A stretch of 64,000 bases of DNA from the NCBI GenBank assembly GCA_013239625.1, contig MU054187.1, forward strand, positions 10,189,231 to 10,253,230, read 5' to 3'. Positions 40,225-53,442 of this stretch are shown one piece after another. Position numbers and translations under genes: made by a program. The DNA is from Lama guanicoe (lineage: Eukaryota). Position 1 is the first letter of the stretch, and each line of letters begins with the position of its first letter. A model generated the notes under the pieces. That model did not search any database, was not told the origin of the DNA, and saw nothing but the letters and a program-made list of their open reading frames with translations.

Positions 40225-40500
40225 CCCACATCCGTTCACTGTTTACCAAACACCTACAGGGTCTCAGCCATTGAGCTGGGTGCTGGGGATACAGTGATGA
40301 CGATGACATACCTCACCCTCAAGAACTAAGCGGACATCACCCACTTAGTCTACGAAGAGAAGACACACTAAGACTGTTCAAGTACCTTTGGGAGGTAGGT
40401 TGGGACACCTTCGCAGGAGAGGTGTTGACTATACGTAATACAGAAGGATGAGGAGGAGTCAGCCTGGCAAAGGTGAAAGGAAGTGGGAGTAAGAGATGCC
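40225..40500 (-). mobile_element. L2 3' end
   Basis: tttaccaaacacctac...gctgggtgctggggatacagtgatg...ctcaccctcaagaact...gaaggatgaggaggagtcagcctggcaaag. Confidence 0.75.
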
Positions 40501-40535
40501 CTTAAGAGGTTTGGGTCAGGGGTAGAAGAGAGATA

Positions 40536-41117
40536 ACGTTGAAGTTTACCTGAGCTCTACAATCCTGGAAAACATCTCACTGCCCACTTTGTGTTCTAGA
40601 AATGGCTTACTGCAAGGAACCGTGCTCCCCAGAAGGCTCATGGGTTTCCCCCTTGCTTACCTCTTACAAGCAGACAGAGACCCTCAGATTCCCATTCTTT
40701 GCCTTATAAATAATTAGCTGAACTGTTTGTCCTCACTGACCAACCTGGACAAAATACTTGATATCTTGGCTAAGAGTTAATTCAGCTTGTCTCTTTCCAG
40801 TGGGCCTCTGAACTTTTACTCACCCTCAGCCTGAGACAGCACCCAGCTCCTCTGTAACAGCCTCTCCTGAGCACCTACTGACGTCATGGTGAAATGCTCT
40901 CTGACCTACTCTGGTCAACTCTTCATCCCACTTCCCCATACCTGGTTCTTTCTAGCCTTGTTCACGCCTCCTCACAAATGAAAAGCCGTTTTCTTTCAGC
41001 CGTTTGAGACTTAGGCATCTTGGCATGGTCACTCTGCTGCAATAGTTTTTCCTGCATTTGTAATAAATCCTTTTGAATAAGTATTTCCTTGCTTAACTCT
41101 GGATTTTTCACTTGGCA
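40536..41117 (+). mobile_element. ERV1 solo LTR, MER89-like
   Basis: aagtttacctgagc...cctggaaaaca...aaatggcttactgcaaggaacc...ttcccattctttgccttataaataattagctgaactgtttgtcc, then aataaa and a ...ca end. Confidence 0.75.
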
Positions 41118-41577
41118 GTACTATACAAAGGCATGCTCGTAATCTATTTAGAAAATGGAAAGTACAGGAATTCTTTTAACCCATTTCCACGTAACAGATC
41201 CTCGCTTAACTAATGCTCTTCTCTATTGACAGGACTTCCTGTTTCAACACGTGGGATAAAGATATTGCTCTCCCATTCCCCACACAGTCACTTCCAAAAT
41301 AACAAGGAGAACTTGAATGAGAAACACTGACTTTATCTTTGGTGAAATTTGCTGCAGACCTGAGCAATAAAATATAAAGATAAAAAGCGATTAGAGAAAT
41401 GGTAAATCACTCAGCTGATAAGGGAGAGTTCAAATCTAAGCAGTGAGAGATGAGGAGTGGGGTATCATAGTAGAGCAAGTTCAGGAGCTCCACAGAAGCC
41501 CTGGATGGGCTCCAGAACTGGAATATCGAAGGTGGGAGTGAAGAGGTGGTGAGAAGGAAACAAGGAGACCTTGTGGA

Positions 41578-41774
41578 AATGTGCAGATACACACTACTTT
41601 ATATAAAACAGATAAACAGCGAAGCCCTCCTACAGAGCACAGGGAACTATATTCAAAACCTTGTAATATCTTATAATGAATAAGAAGATGAAATATATAT
41701 AAACTTGAATTACCATGCTGTGCACCAAAAATTAACCCAACATTGTAAACTGACTACACTTCAATTAAAAAAAA
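41578..41774 (+). mobile_element. L1 3' end, artiodactyl type
   Basis: agatacacactactttatataaaacagataaacagc...agcacagggaactatattcaa...cattgtaaactgactacacttcaattaaaaa. Confidence 0.85.
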
Positions 41775-42565
41775 GAATCTGAAGAAGGACTCTAAATTCT
41801 CTCTGCACCAATCCCACCCTTAGGTAACAGCCCTTCCCATATCCCCTGAGAAATATGTTTTCTGGAGAAATTGAAACAGAGGGACTTTAAAGCAGTGATA
41901 AAGGGTGCAGAGGGATGAAATACAATGGTTGGATGGAAAACAGGGAGGTAAAGTGAAAATCTACACAGTAATTGGCTACTTTTACCCAGAGAAGTCAGGG
42001 ATATACACTCCAGACAGGAGACTGGAGAAACCATTCTATCCCAAAGGAGGCACTTTGTAGTAATAAATGCAAAACCTCTCCAGACAAAGATTCACCCTCA
42101 AGCCAGGCCACACAGAATTCTTATAATTGAAACCTTTTTGAAAGTTTTATGATGTACCAAAAAAACAAAAAACAAAAAAACCCACACATGAGCAAGGTGC
42201 CCACTATAAGTAAAAGCCAACATATTCAACACACAGCAGGATTATTCAACTCAAGATCTTCATAGTATCTAAAAGATTGGCTAGAGGAAGTTCCTGAAAA
42301 AGAAAGAAAATGAAGAAATCTTGGAATATCTGAAGATGAGATATTTTGATGTGGTTATGGATGCACACAGATGGAATATTTAAGACAATTACATTATTAA
42401 TGGGAAAGGTAAAGGGGCTTCAAGAGAAGTAAGATGTCTAAAAGGCAGAAAAGCACAGAAAAAAGCATCAGAAAAAGGTTTTCAAAAAAAATAAGTCAAT
42501 AAGAATATGTCAATATAGTAAATGAAAAGGATTACATTCTTCAGTTAAAAGAACATGTGTATTGA

Positions 42566-43113
42566 CTATTTACAATAGTCAAGACATGGAAACAACCTAA
42601 ATGTCCATCAACAGATGCTTACATAAAGAAGATGTGATACACACACACACAGGAATATTACTCAGTCATAAAAAAGAATGAAATAATGCCATTTGCAGCA
42701 ATAGGGATGAACATACAGATTGTCATATTGAATGAAGTAAGTCAGACAAAGACAAATGTCATATGATATCAGTTATATGTGGAATCTGAAAAATATGATT
42801 AATTCTATTACAAACCAAAAACAGACTCATGGACATAGGAAACAAACTATGGTTACCAAAACAGGAAGGGCAGGGAGGGATAAATTAGGGGTTGGGGATT
42901 AACAGACAGACAGTATTATATATAAAATAGATAAACAACAAGGACCTACTGTATAGCACAGGGAACTATATTTAAATTCTTATAATAACATATAATGGAA
43001 AAAAATCTGAAAATAAAAACTATATGCATATGTATAACTGAATCACTTTGCTGTACACCTGAAACCAACATTGTAAATCAACTACACTTTGGTAAAAAAT
43101 TAAAAAAAAAAAG
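42566..43113 (+). mobile_element. 5'-truncated artiodactyl-type L1 with TSD
   Basis: ORF2 tail (LFTIVKTWKQPKCPSTD), 3' UTR and poly(A). 12-bp TSD catgtgtattga at 42554-42565 and 43114-43125. Confidence 0.92.
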
Positions 43114-43281
43114 CATGTGTATTGAATAATAAAAAGCATTCTCCTAAGTTCTGGTCACAAGAGACATAAAATAAAAATGTTGAAAATAAAAGAATGAAAA
43201 AAGATATACCATATAAATACTAAAGAAAAAAAGCTGGTATAGCTATAATAGTAAAGCATTTAGGGCAAAACCATTTTTAAG

Positions 43282-43376
43282 GATATATATATATATATCT
43301 CTCACTATATGTATATGTATGTATATATAAATCTATATCTATATACATATGTATATTAATATAGGTCTATATATAC
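43282..43376. repeat. Imperfect (TA)n/(TATG)n low-complexity repeat
   Basis: Read directly from the sequence. Confidence 0.8.
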
Positions 43377-44761
43377 TGATAAAATCAGTTTATTAGGAAG
43401 ATACAAATACTGTTAATCTGAATGCATCCATACAACAGCATCAAAATATGTACATGGCAAAAATGGACAATATCATAAGGACTGTAAATTATAAATCCTC
43501 CATTATATCCCAGTAACCAAAAGATCAGACTTCCTTCCCAAGCACACATAGAATGTTTTTGAAAATTAACTCAATACCAGGCTACAAAATAAGTTTTAAC
43601 GGATGTCAGAGAACTCATGTCAAACAAATGTTCTCTGATTACAGTGTAATTAAATTTAGAAGTCAATGACAAAATATATCTACATTTAGAAATTAAAAAA
43701 ACAGACTTTAAATAACTTGTGAGTTAAAGAAGACACTGTAGTAAAATTAGAACCAAAGCAAAACTAAATAGGACATTTCTAAGAGAGAAATTTATGACCT
43801 TAAATGCTCCTGTTGCAGAAGAATAAAGATGAGCAATTAATGAGTCATATGTCTAAATCAAGAAGTTAGAAAAATGATAACAGTAGAAACTACAAAAGGT
43901 AGAATACAGGGCATAATAAAAAGAGGATAAATTGATGAAATTGAAAACAAAAGTTATAAAATCAACAAAACCAAAAATTGATCTTTGAAACATATTTAAA
44001 ATAGAAAAATTATTAGGAAATCCACTTAAGAACAAAAGAATGAATCATTTGATCAATCATTTGATCAAATGATCAATATTAGCAATGAGAAAGTGACAAG
44101 GAAAATAGTTATATGCCAATTTTACTTATGAACACAGGTGCCTAAAAATGTATACCAGCAAACTAAATATGAAAGGTTCTAACATCATATCTGAATGCAG
44201 TTATAGTTTAACATTAGAAAAACCTATTAGTGTATTGCATCGTATTAATAGTAATGTATTAAACCATATGATCATAACAATTCACTCAGAAAAATGACTT
44301 TCAAAATTCTACTTCTATTAATTATAAAATCTGTAGAAATAATGAAAAAGTGTATTTCCTTAGCCTGTTAAAGAGCATCTACCAAAAATCTTCATAAACA
44401 TACGTACACAAGGGTAGAGTTAGAAGCATTCATTTTAAAGTCAGAAACAAAGTAAACGTACTGTAATAGCAATTCCACAGATTCTCATACTGCGGGTCAC
44501 TGCCAGCAAGAAAATAAAGGAGAAAAAAAGGCTAAGAATCAGAAGGGGAGAAATAAGACTGACATTATTTGTAAACCATTGTCTACAGAGAAGTCAAGAG
44601 AGCCAACACAGGTGAACGATGAGAATTCAAAGATTACCAGCATTTAGGGATATAAGGTCAAAGTAAATATACACATACATCAATGTAAATGTATATTGAT
44701 TGGCTTTGAAATACCTTCACAAAAATAACAGTAAGTGAAAAAGGTTATAGAATAGTAGGTA

Positions 44762-47700
44762 GAGGTGATGTTGCCGAAATGGTGACATAGGAGACCCCAG
44801 CCTCCATCTTCCAACAAAGGTCAACAATTAGACAGACATCCACGAATAAAAACAGCTCTGGAGTCTACTTAAGAAGTTATAGCAACACAGTGGAGTCAAA
44901 AACCTGAGGACAACTGCACGAGAAGAAAAGAAAGGCAGCTTCATTTTGCCTGTATCAGCTCATCCCTGGGAGGAGGAACCAAAGGCCAGCACAGCTGCCT
45001 CACACCACCTGCAGCTTCCATCAGCTTTTGCCCCACAGGTATTCATAGTTGCTCATGCTGTCTGTCTGAGTCCCTCCCAGCTCCCCCTCTGCCGACCTCC
45101 CACCTCCAACCCTGGCAGAGCCTGGGAACAGTACCAGCAGCCAGCTCAGGCCTCTGTGGGCATGGAAATGCACACCTTTGACCTGCTTTGACCCCTGTGC
45201 TGACCCCCACCACTGCACGTGTACTCAGGGCTGCCGGTCCAGCTGGTATTTTTATGCTACTGAACTGATGCCCATTACCAGCCTCCAGTGCTGCATGCAC
45301 ACCTTGAGGGAGATTGTACAGCCACAGGGGAGCATGCTGACAGCCCAGTGGGGTGTGGGCCCAGTTCAGGCACTGTCTTCTGCCGCTGGCCTGCACCCTG
45401 ATACTCACCTGGAGTTAGCTTCTCCAGCTGCACACCTGCCTGGCCTGACCCTGTCCCCAGCCTCACTGCAGTGTGCGCACCCAGGGGAACACTGTGCAGT
45501 GATGGGAGAGCGCACCAACAGCCAGGGCTCCTGCAGTTGTCAGTAAGCCCATAGTTAACCCCAGCCCTGCTGCCTACCTTGGCCTCTGTTACTACAAGTA
45601 TATCTGCATCCAGCCCCTGCCTTGACACAGGCACCTGCAGCTGGTGCCTGCAGCCGAGTGTGTGCATACCACCTGCTCTGGTCACCAGTGTTGCCTGTCC
45701 CGATCTCTAGGCGTTGGACCTGGATGTGCTGCTGAGGACCCCCACAGCCCTGGCAGCCACTGTGAACCCCCGCCAGTGTTTGCCAAGGACCACACAGTTG
45801 TTGATGCTTTGGGTCTCAGTGATATGAGCCAAAGAGCCACCATGCACCCCTGGATCTGGGACCACTACATGCCCTCACACGTGGTGCCCTGTACCATTAG
45901 ACCCAGGGTCACAGTACGCCCCAGCATACTGCCCTAGCGCACTGCAAGGGAATGTCTTCCCTTAGTGAAGTCAGCCCACAGTATCTGGAAGAAGTGACTG
46001 CTGCCTCAAATGTGCAGACACCTGTGCAAGGCCGCAGGGGTTTCAAAGAATTAGGGAATCATGACTCCACTAAAGGAATATAGTAACCTCTGGTAACTGG
46101 ACCCAAGGAGATGGAGATTCAGGAATTACCTGACAAAGAATTCAAGATAGTTATTCAAAAAAGGGGGCACAAATCTTATTTAAAGGATAATGGCTGAGAA
46201 TGTCCGAAACCTGGGTAGAGATTTGGACATTCAAGTTTGTGAAGCTAATAGGTCACCCCAAAATTTCAATCCAAAAAGATCTTCTCCAAAACACATTGTA
46301 AGAAAACTAAAATCAAAGACAGCAGCAAGAGGAAAAAAAATTCTCTCATCAAAGGGAAACCCCATTAAGCTATCAATGTCATAGAACTTGCAGAGCAGAA
46401 AAGAATGGGAGGATATATTCAAAGTGCTGAAAGAAAGAAACTGTCAACCAAGAATACTTAGAAAAGTTGTCCTTCACAAGTGAAGGCCAAATAAAGTCTT
46501 CCCCTAATAAACAAAAGCTGAGGAAATTCACCATCAGTACACTTGCCTTACAAGAAAGGTTGAAAGGACTTCAAGCCGAAATGAAAGGATGCTAATTAGA
46601 AACATGAAAACTATGAAAATATACACAACACTGTTAAAGGTAAGCTTACAGTCGTATTCAAAATGCTCTAATACAGTAATATGGTGGTGCGTTTACTAAA
46701 CTCCAGTGTAAAGGGTAAAGGACAAAAGTATTAAAACAGGCTATAGCTATAATTTGTTAACGGGTAATATAAAAAGATGTAAACTGTGACATTAAAAACA
46801 TAAAGGGGGTAGTAAAAGGGTAATTTTTGTATGTGACTGAAGTTGAATTGTTACCAGAGTAAAATGGGCTGTGATATATATATACATCTCATGTTTTAAA
46901 GCCTCCAAGTAACCATAAAACAAAAACTATGATACATTCACAAGAGATAGAGAAGGAAATAAAAACATACCACTGCGGAAAAATCATCAATTTACACACA
47001 AAGGCAGCAAGAGAAGAAAGGAAGAAGGGAATAACAAAATAGCCAGAAAAAATAATTCAGTTGGCATTAGTAAGTCCTGATGTATCAATAATTACTCTAA
47101 ATGTAAGTGGACTTAATTCTCCAATCAAAGGGCATAAAGTAGCTGAAGTTTGAAAAACAAGAACCAGCTATATTCTGCCTAGAAGAGACTCACTTCAGCT
47201 TAAGAACACCTATAACTCAAAGGGAAGGGATGGAAAGAGATATTCTATCCAAGTTGAAAAAACCAAGAAAGATTGGGCATAGGTATACTTACATCAGACA
47301 AAATAGACTTTGAATTGGTAAATTTTTAAATAGACTTTAAAAAATGGTAACGAGAGACAAAGAAAGTCATCAGACAAGGATAAGGGGGTCAATTAATCAA
47401 GAAGTTATAGCAGTTAAAGATATATATAACTGCCACCAGATCTAAATACATTAAGCAAATACTAATGAATCTGAAGGAAGAATGGTCAACAATACAATAA
47501 TAGCAGGGGACCTCAATATTTCACTTTCAACAATGGATACATCATTTAGACATAATATCAACAATAAAACATTGGACTTGGACTGTCCTTGAGACTGAAG
47601 GGACCTAACAGACATATACAGAAATTGCATCCAACAGCAGCAGAATACACATTCTTCTCAAGTACACACAGAGATGATGTGATAGGTCCCCAAACAAGTC

Positions 47701-49350
47701 TTGGCAAATTTAAGAGGACTGAAGTCATACCAGATATCTTTTCTGAACACAATGCTATGAAACTAGAAATCAATACCAGGAGGAAAACTGGACAACTCAC
47801 ATGTGTGTAAATGGAACAACACAACCCTGAACAGCCAAAGGGTCAAAGAAGAAATCCAAAGAGACTATAAAAATATCCTGAAGCAAAGATGGAAACCCAA
47901 AACATATCAAAACCTTTGGGATGCTGCAAGCACTTCTTAGATAAAAATTTATAGTGATAAATACCTGCATTAAGAACAACCTAACTTTATAACTCAAGGA
48001 ACTAGAAAAAAGAATACACTAAACCCAAAGTAAGCAGAAGGAAGGAAAAACGACCAGAGTGAAAATAAATGAGACCAGAAAAACAATAGCAAAGATTAAT
48101 GAAACAGATAGCTGCTCTTTTTTGAAAAGATAAGCAAAATTTATAAAACTTTAGCTAGACTAAGAAAAAAATATAGAAGTCTGAATATTTTTTTTTAGAC
48201 TAAGAAAAAAGATTTTACTTACTCATATAAGTAAAATAAGACATGGAAGAGGAGACATTACAAATAATACAACAGATAAAAAGGGTCATAAGAGACACTT
48301 ATAAACAATTATATACCAAAAAATTGGACAACCCAGAAGAAATGGATACATACCTAGAAACTTATGATTTACCAAGATGGAATCATGAAGAAATAGAAAA
48401 TCTGAAAAGACTAATAAGAAAATTGGATCAGTAATTAAAAACCTAACATAGAAAGGCCCAGGATGAGATGGTTCTACTGGTGAATTCTATCAAACATTTA
48501 AAGAAGAATTAACACCTATGCTTCTCAAACTCTTCCAAAAAAACTGAAAAGGAGTGAAGACTCATAAATTCATTTTACAAGGCCAGCCTTACCCTGATAC
48601 CACAGAAAAGCAAACTACAGGACAATATCCCTGATGAATACAGATGCAAAAATTCTCAACAAAATATTAGCAAATCAAATACAACAGCACGTTAAAAGGA
48701 CTGTACACTGTGGTCAAGTGGAATTTATCCCTGGGATTGAAGGGTGGCTCAACATATAAAAACCAGTTAATGAGACACACTGCATTAATAGAATAAAATA
48801 CAAAAATCATATGATAATCTCAATAGATGAAGAAAAAGCTTTTGACAAAATACATCCTTTCATGACAAAAATGCTCAACAAATTTGGTATGGAAGGAAGT
48901 ATCTCCACACAATAAAGACTGTATATGACAACCCCACAGCCAACATCATACTCAACAGTGGAAAGCTGAAAGCTTATCCTAAGATCAAAAACAATACAAG
49001 TCCTCACCACTTCTACTCAACATAGTACTCAAAGTCCTCGCCAGAGCAATCAGTCAAGAAAAAGAAATAAAAGGCAACCAAATTGGAAAGAAAGAAGTAA
49101 AACTGTGTTTGTCTGCAGATGATGTAATCTTATATGTAGAAAGTCCTGAAGACCCTATCAAAAGTAGTAAACAAATTCAATAGAGTTGCAGGATAGAAAA
49201 CCAGTATTTAAAAGACAGTTGAATTTCTATACACCGACAACGAACTAGAGAAAAAAAAATTAAGAAAACAATCCCATTTACAATTGCTTCAAACAATAAA
49301 AATACTTAGGAATGAATTTAACCAAGGGTGTGTAAGATTTGTAGATTGAC
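44762..49350 (+). mobile_element. L1 with GC-rich 5' UTR, deleted ORF1 and ORF2 EN/RT remnants; 3' part missing
   Basis: 5' end gaggtgatgttgccgaaatggtgacataggag. ORF1-like MAENVRNLGRDLDIQVCEANRSPQNFNPKRSSPKHIV; EN start (ataattactctaaatgtaagtggact); LHPTAAEYTFFSSTH; KLDNPEEMDTYLETYDLPR; RT gcagatgat. Similarity stops near 49350. Confidence 0.92.
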
Positions 49351-50377
49351 AATTGCCTAGAGGAGTGATGCAGGGTTGTGTCAAAGTAATGCTGAATTTG
49401 CATTGGTTCATACACGATTTTCCCAGGGCATTCATGTTTTACACTGATAAGTAACAGGAGTTGAACATAAAGTCCTACTTCAGAGGAACAGAAGCAGTTC
49501 AAAATTTACCCCATCTACCCCATATGCTCACTCTTGGCTCAGCTTGGCCACTGATCATCCTTGGAAGTACTCTTTGCTTGGTTTTCCCTGCTCCTTCTGA
49601 ATTTTGTCCTTGTCATTCTGAAGCTCAGTAGCCTCAACCCTCCTGTCACCCTTTTCTATCAGGCCACTTATTTCTTGCAATAAATACCTACATTTATCGT
49701 ACCTATATCAATTGTAGTATTTATTCATTAGGAATTTAACATATCTTTTAAATTATGCTAGTATTTTATTGTTTTTTTGTTTTTGTTTTTGTTAGTATTC
49801 TGTATATAAAGTTGCACAGGTTTCAGTGATCTGTCACTAGTCTAATTTTTCTCAAAAGCCTTGTTATTTGTAGTTTAGAATGCAAGGTTTTCTGGAATGC
49901 ATATATATGTATTCCAGCATTATAGCAAAAACACCTATACTCTTAAACAAAATAGAAACAATCATCTATTTATGTGGTATTTCAAATCATTTATGTCTTT
50001 TTCACCATGAAGAGAAATACTAAAGAATGGACAGGTTTTGGCTCTGAGTTTGGAATCATTAAGCATGGCTTTTCTGCACCACGTCAAGGGCTTTGGTTTA
50101 GGAATCACACACCCTCTTACAGCGGCAGATACCCAATTCTTCTTTTAACCCAGCTTCAGAGTGTATGCCTGTCAGTTAAATACACTGCCCAGTTAGTGTT
50201 TGACAAATATACAGTTAAAGATCCAAGAATCAAATCAGGAACACTATACCAAAATAAGTATGGAAAGAACGGGGTGGATTTCTTTGGGACATTTGGAAGA
50301 TTGGAGGTACACTTTGAGGGCCTGGGGCCTCTTGTGGCGTAATACATGATAAGAAGGAGAATTTTTACTCCACTATT

Positions 50378-50507
50378 ATTTTTTTAAACTATCTTGACCA
50401 TTTTTAAGTGTGCACAGTCCAGTAGTATGAAGTATAGTGACACTGAAACAGGTCTCCAGAATCCCTTCATCTATACCCGTTAAGCCACAACTTCCCTTTC
50501 CCCACTT
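50378..50507 (-). mobile_element. Short L1MB-type 3' fragment with TSD
   Basis: ttttttaaactatcttgaccatttttaagtgtgcacagtccagtag; TSD ctccactatt at 50368-50377 and 50508-50517. Confidence 0.75.
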
Positions 50508-51614
50508 CTCCACTATTGTTTCTTAAAATTCCTGACCATTTGCCAATTGAGCAGGTGGTAACTGAATGAGTCTAAAATCGCCCTTAGCTTGCAGAGTCAT
50601 AAAAAATTCAGAGAACCAAGGGAATTAACTTTAACCAGGCTTGAGATAAATCCAGGAAAACAAATACTTTGAATCCTAAGAGTAGAAATGTGGTCAGGTT
50701 GTATCAATTCCTAATTCACAGCAAGGAACTCTTTGGTCAAGATGAAGCTGGCCTGAGGACTTTAATGGCAACTGAGGAGCAGCCACGGCTTCTCTCTGTT
50801 GTGTTTAGCAGGGCCTCAGCTCAGCAAACAGACTATGAATTAGGAGTGGGGGTGCCCTGGCAGTGGCTTTCCTGTTAAATGGCCATGAATAAGTCATGAG
50901 GTCTAACAAGTCCTGCAAAGCTCAAGCACCAAAAACAGATGTCCCTCATCTTCGAGGAATTTACTCTTTCTGAGTCATCTCAGGGAACAGTCCTTTAGGG
51001 ACACTGAGACGACCTTGTTGTTGAGACATCATGCTGCTTTATGCTTTGCGAAATGTCTAATCCGTATAATTATATCAAGGCACCGAATCTCTTCAGTGTT
51101 CTTTGATGTGGATTGCAGATACAATTCACTGCTCTGTCATGTATATCTCTGATGTGGAACTTTCAACTTTCTTCCATTAACCCCCAACCTCCTCCCGGAT
51201 CCAAGCAGACTTACTGTTACTTCTCTTTATCTGCTCTGCCACCTTCCATTTAATAATATAAATGGACCTTTTCATCCAGAAGCTATTTGCAGATACTTTG
51301 GATATTTAGCTATTTTGCAGATATTTTAGAACCATTTTCCCAGCCATCAAAGACGGTGCTAAACGATTTTAAAGCCTACTTGATTCATATTTTATCAGCA
51401 GGATAGATTTTTTGCCTATGTACTTAAATCCCACTCTTTAAAAAAAAAGAACTAGTTATTTAATGACCATAGAATGTAATTTCTAGAATAATGATATTGT
51501 ATAGTTATAAAGCACTGGGCCATGTATAAGTGATTTTTCTTTCAAATGTGTAGCTCTTTTCAAAAAGCAGTTAATTAGACTTATGTATGTATTTCCAGAT
51601 GATAGAAGCATAAT

Positions 51615-51945
51615 GTAGAAAAACTCAACTTACTGAAAACAGAGCTCGTTATTTTCTCCATGAAACCCACTGCTCCTCTCATATTTTTCTTTGAGTTGAG
51701 AGGTTTATTGTCCACACCATAAGACACCCAAGCCACTCAGACTATAAATCTGAAAGTTGCCTTTAATGCCTCTTCTTGGTCTATCTTCCAATTAGTCCTC
51801 AGGTGGACCGTCTCTCTGAAGGGTCCCTCAAATTCACTCCCGTTGCCTGAACCTATACCTTCGACATTTCCCTCCTGGTTGATTTCAATCTGCTGCCGCC
51901 TGGTGTCCTGGGCTCCAGTCTCTCCCTGTGTCATTCTGTGCACAG
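51615..51945 (+). mobile_element. L2 fragment
   Basis: aaaacagagctcgttattttctcc...aaatctgaaagttgcctttaatgcctc...tcctgggctccagtctc. Confidence 0.6.
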
Positions 51946-52752
51946 TTATTGGCTGGGGACAGGTAAGTCAGGTCAAGAGAAATATTTCAGTTAGTATAAG
52001 GACAGGAGACCAAAAATACACTTCAGGGGTTCTCAGGGAAACAATATACCTTCATTTCAAGTTAAAGTGCAGAACAATGTTTTCTTATTGTGGTAAAAAA
52101 AAAAAAAGAAAAACCCATGTAACATGATATCTACACTACTGACAAATTTATTGCTAACTGCAAGGACAATATTGTACAGCCGATCTCTAGAACTTTTCCA
52201 CCTTGCATGCCCACTGAACAGCAGCTCCCCTGTTTCCACTTCCCTGCTGTCTTTGGCAGCCACTATTCTACTTTGTTTCCATGAATTTGACTATTTTAAA
52301 AATACCTCATATATAAGTGGAATCATGCAGTATTTATTCTTGTGAGTGGCTTATTTTACTCAGCGTAATGTTCTCCTGTTGTTGCAAATGACATGATTTC
52401 CTTCTTTTTTTTTTTTACGGCTGAATATTATTTCACTGTACATATATACCACATTCTCTTTATCCATTTCTCCATCAGGGAACATTTAAGTTGTTTCCAC
52501 CTCTTGGCTATTGGGGATAGCGCTGCAATGAACACGGAAGAGCAAATATCTCTTCCGAATCCTGATTTCAATTCCTTTGGATAAATACTCAGAAGTGGGA
52601 TTGCTGGATCATATAGTAGTTCTATTTTCAGTTTTTTGAGGAACCTCCATACTATTTTCCACAGGAGCTACACCAATTTACATTCCCACCAAGAGTGCAC
52701 AAGTTTCCTTTTTTCCACATCCTCACCAACACTTGTTCTTTCTTGTCTTTTT

Positions 52753-52847
52753 TTTTTGCCTCTTTTTTAAAAAGTGGAGGTACTGGGAATTAAACCCAGG
52801 ACTTTGTGCGTGCTAAGCATGCGCTCTACCACTGAGCTGTCCACCCC
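52753..52847 (-). mobile_element. tRNA-derived SINE (camelid Vic-1-like)
   Basis: Minus strand reads ggggtggacagctcagtggtagagcgcatgcttagcacgcacaaagtcctgggtttaattcccagtacctcc (A/B-box-like). TSD tttcttgtcttttt at 52739-52752 and 52849-52862. Confidence 0.88.
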
Positions 52848-53079
52848 TTTTCTTGTCTTTTTGTTAAGTCATTCCGGCAGGTGTGGGGTTACCTGTAATC
52901 TCCGTGTGTGGTTTCGACTTGCATTTGCCTGATGACTTGTGATAAGCATTTTTTCACATTCCTGCTGGCCATGTGTATGTCTTCTTTAGAGAAATGTCTC
53001 TTCAGTTCCTTATCCATTTTTTAATTGGGTTATTTTTATTTTAGTTTTTATTTATTTATTTATTTAGCTATTGAGTTGT

Positions 53080-53087
53080 TTTTTATG

Positions 53088-53123
<36 letters not shown>

Positions 53124-53248
53124 GGAGAAGGGAGGGAATTCGGTTTTTATTTGTTTTATTTTTAGTGGAGGTACGGGGAATTGAACCTAGGACCTTGTGC
53201 ATGCCAGGCACACACTCTACCACTGAGCTATACCTTCCCTGCTGTTTT
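53080..53248 (-). mobile_element. Vic-1-like SINE with (CA)n tail, copy 1 of a tandem pair
   Basis: tRNA-like head agctcagtggtagagtgtgtgcctggcatgcacaaggtcctaggttcaattcccc, an A-rich linker and a (TG)n tract on the plus strand. Confidence 0.9.
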
Positions 53249-53261
53249 GCTATTGAGTTGT

Positions 53262-53271
53262 TTGTTATGAT

Positions 53272-53317
<46 letters not shown>

Positions 53318-53442
53318 GGAGGAGGGAGGGAATTCGGTTTTTATTTGTTTTATTTTTAGTGGAGGTACGGGGAATTGAACCTAGGACCTTGTGCATGCCA
53401 GGCACACACTCTACCACTGAGCTATACCCTCCCTGCTGTTTT
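53262..53442 (-). mobile_element. Vic-1-like SINE with (CA)n tail, copy 2 of a tandem pair
   Basis: Near-identical to copy 1, with a longer (TG)n tract. Confidence 0.9.

Larger units (their letters stand above)
41230..44755 (+). mobile_element. Old fragmented L1 (L1M/L1ME type) hosting younger L1 3' ends
   Basis: A-rich, with ORF2 remnant motifs (aaaaagatataccatataaatactaa, atgttctctgattacagtgtaattaaa, ctaagagagaaatttat). The 5' boundary is uncertain. Confidence 0.7.

Noticed and set aside
44946..45937. Overlapping ORFs on both strands in a GC-rich block, as a possible gene or CpG island
   Set aside because: L1 5' UTR; GC richness lowers stop-codon frequency and CpGs are depleted.
52753..53442. 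tRNA-like sequences as tRNA genes
   Set aside because: They have A-rich/(CA)n tails and TSDs and lack a proper acceptor stem, so they are SINEs.
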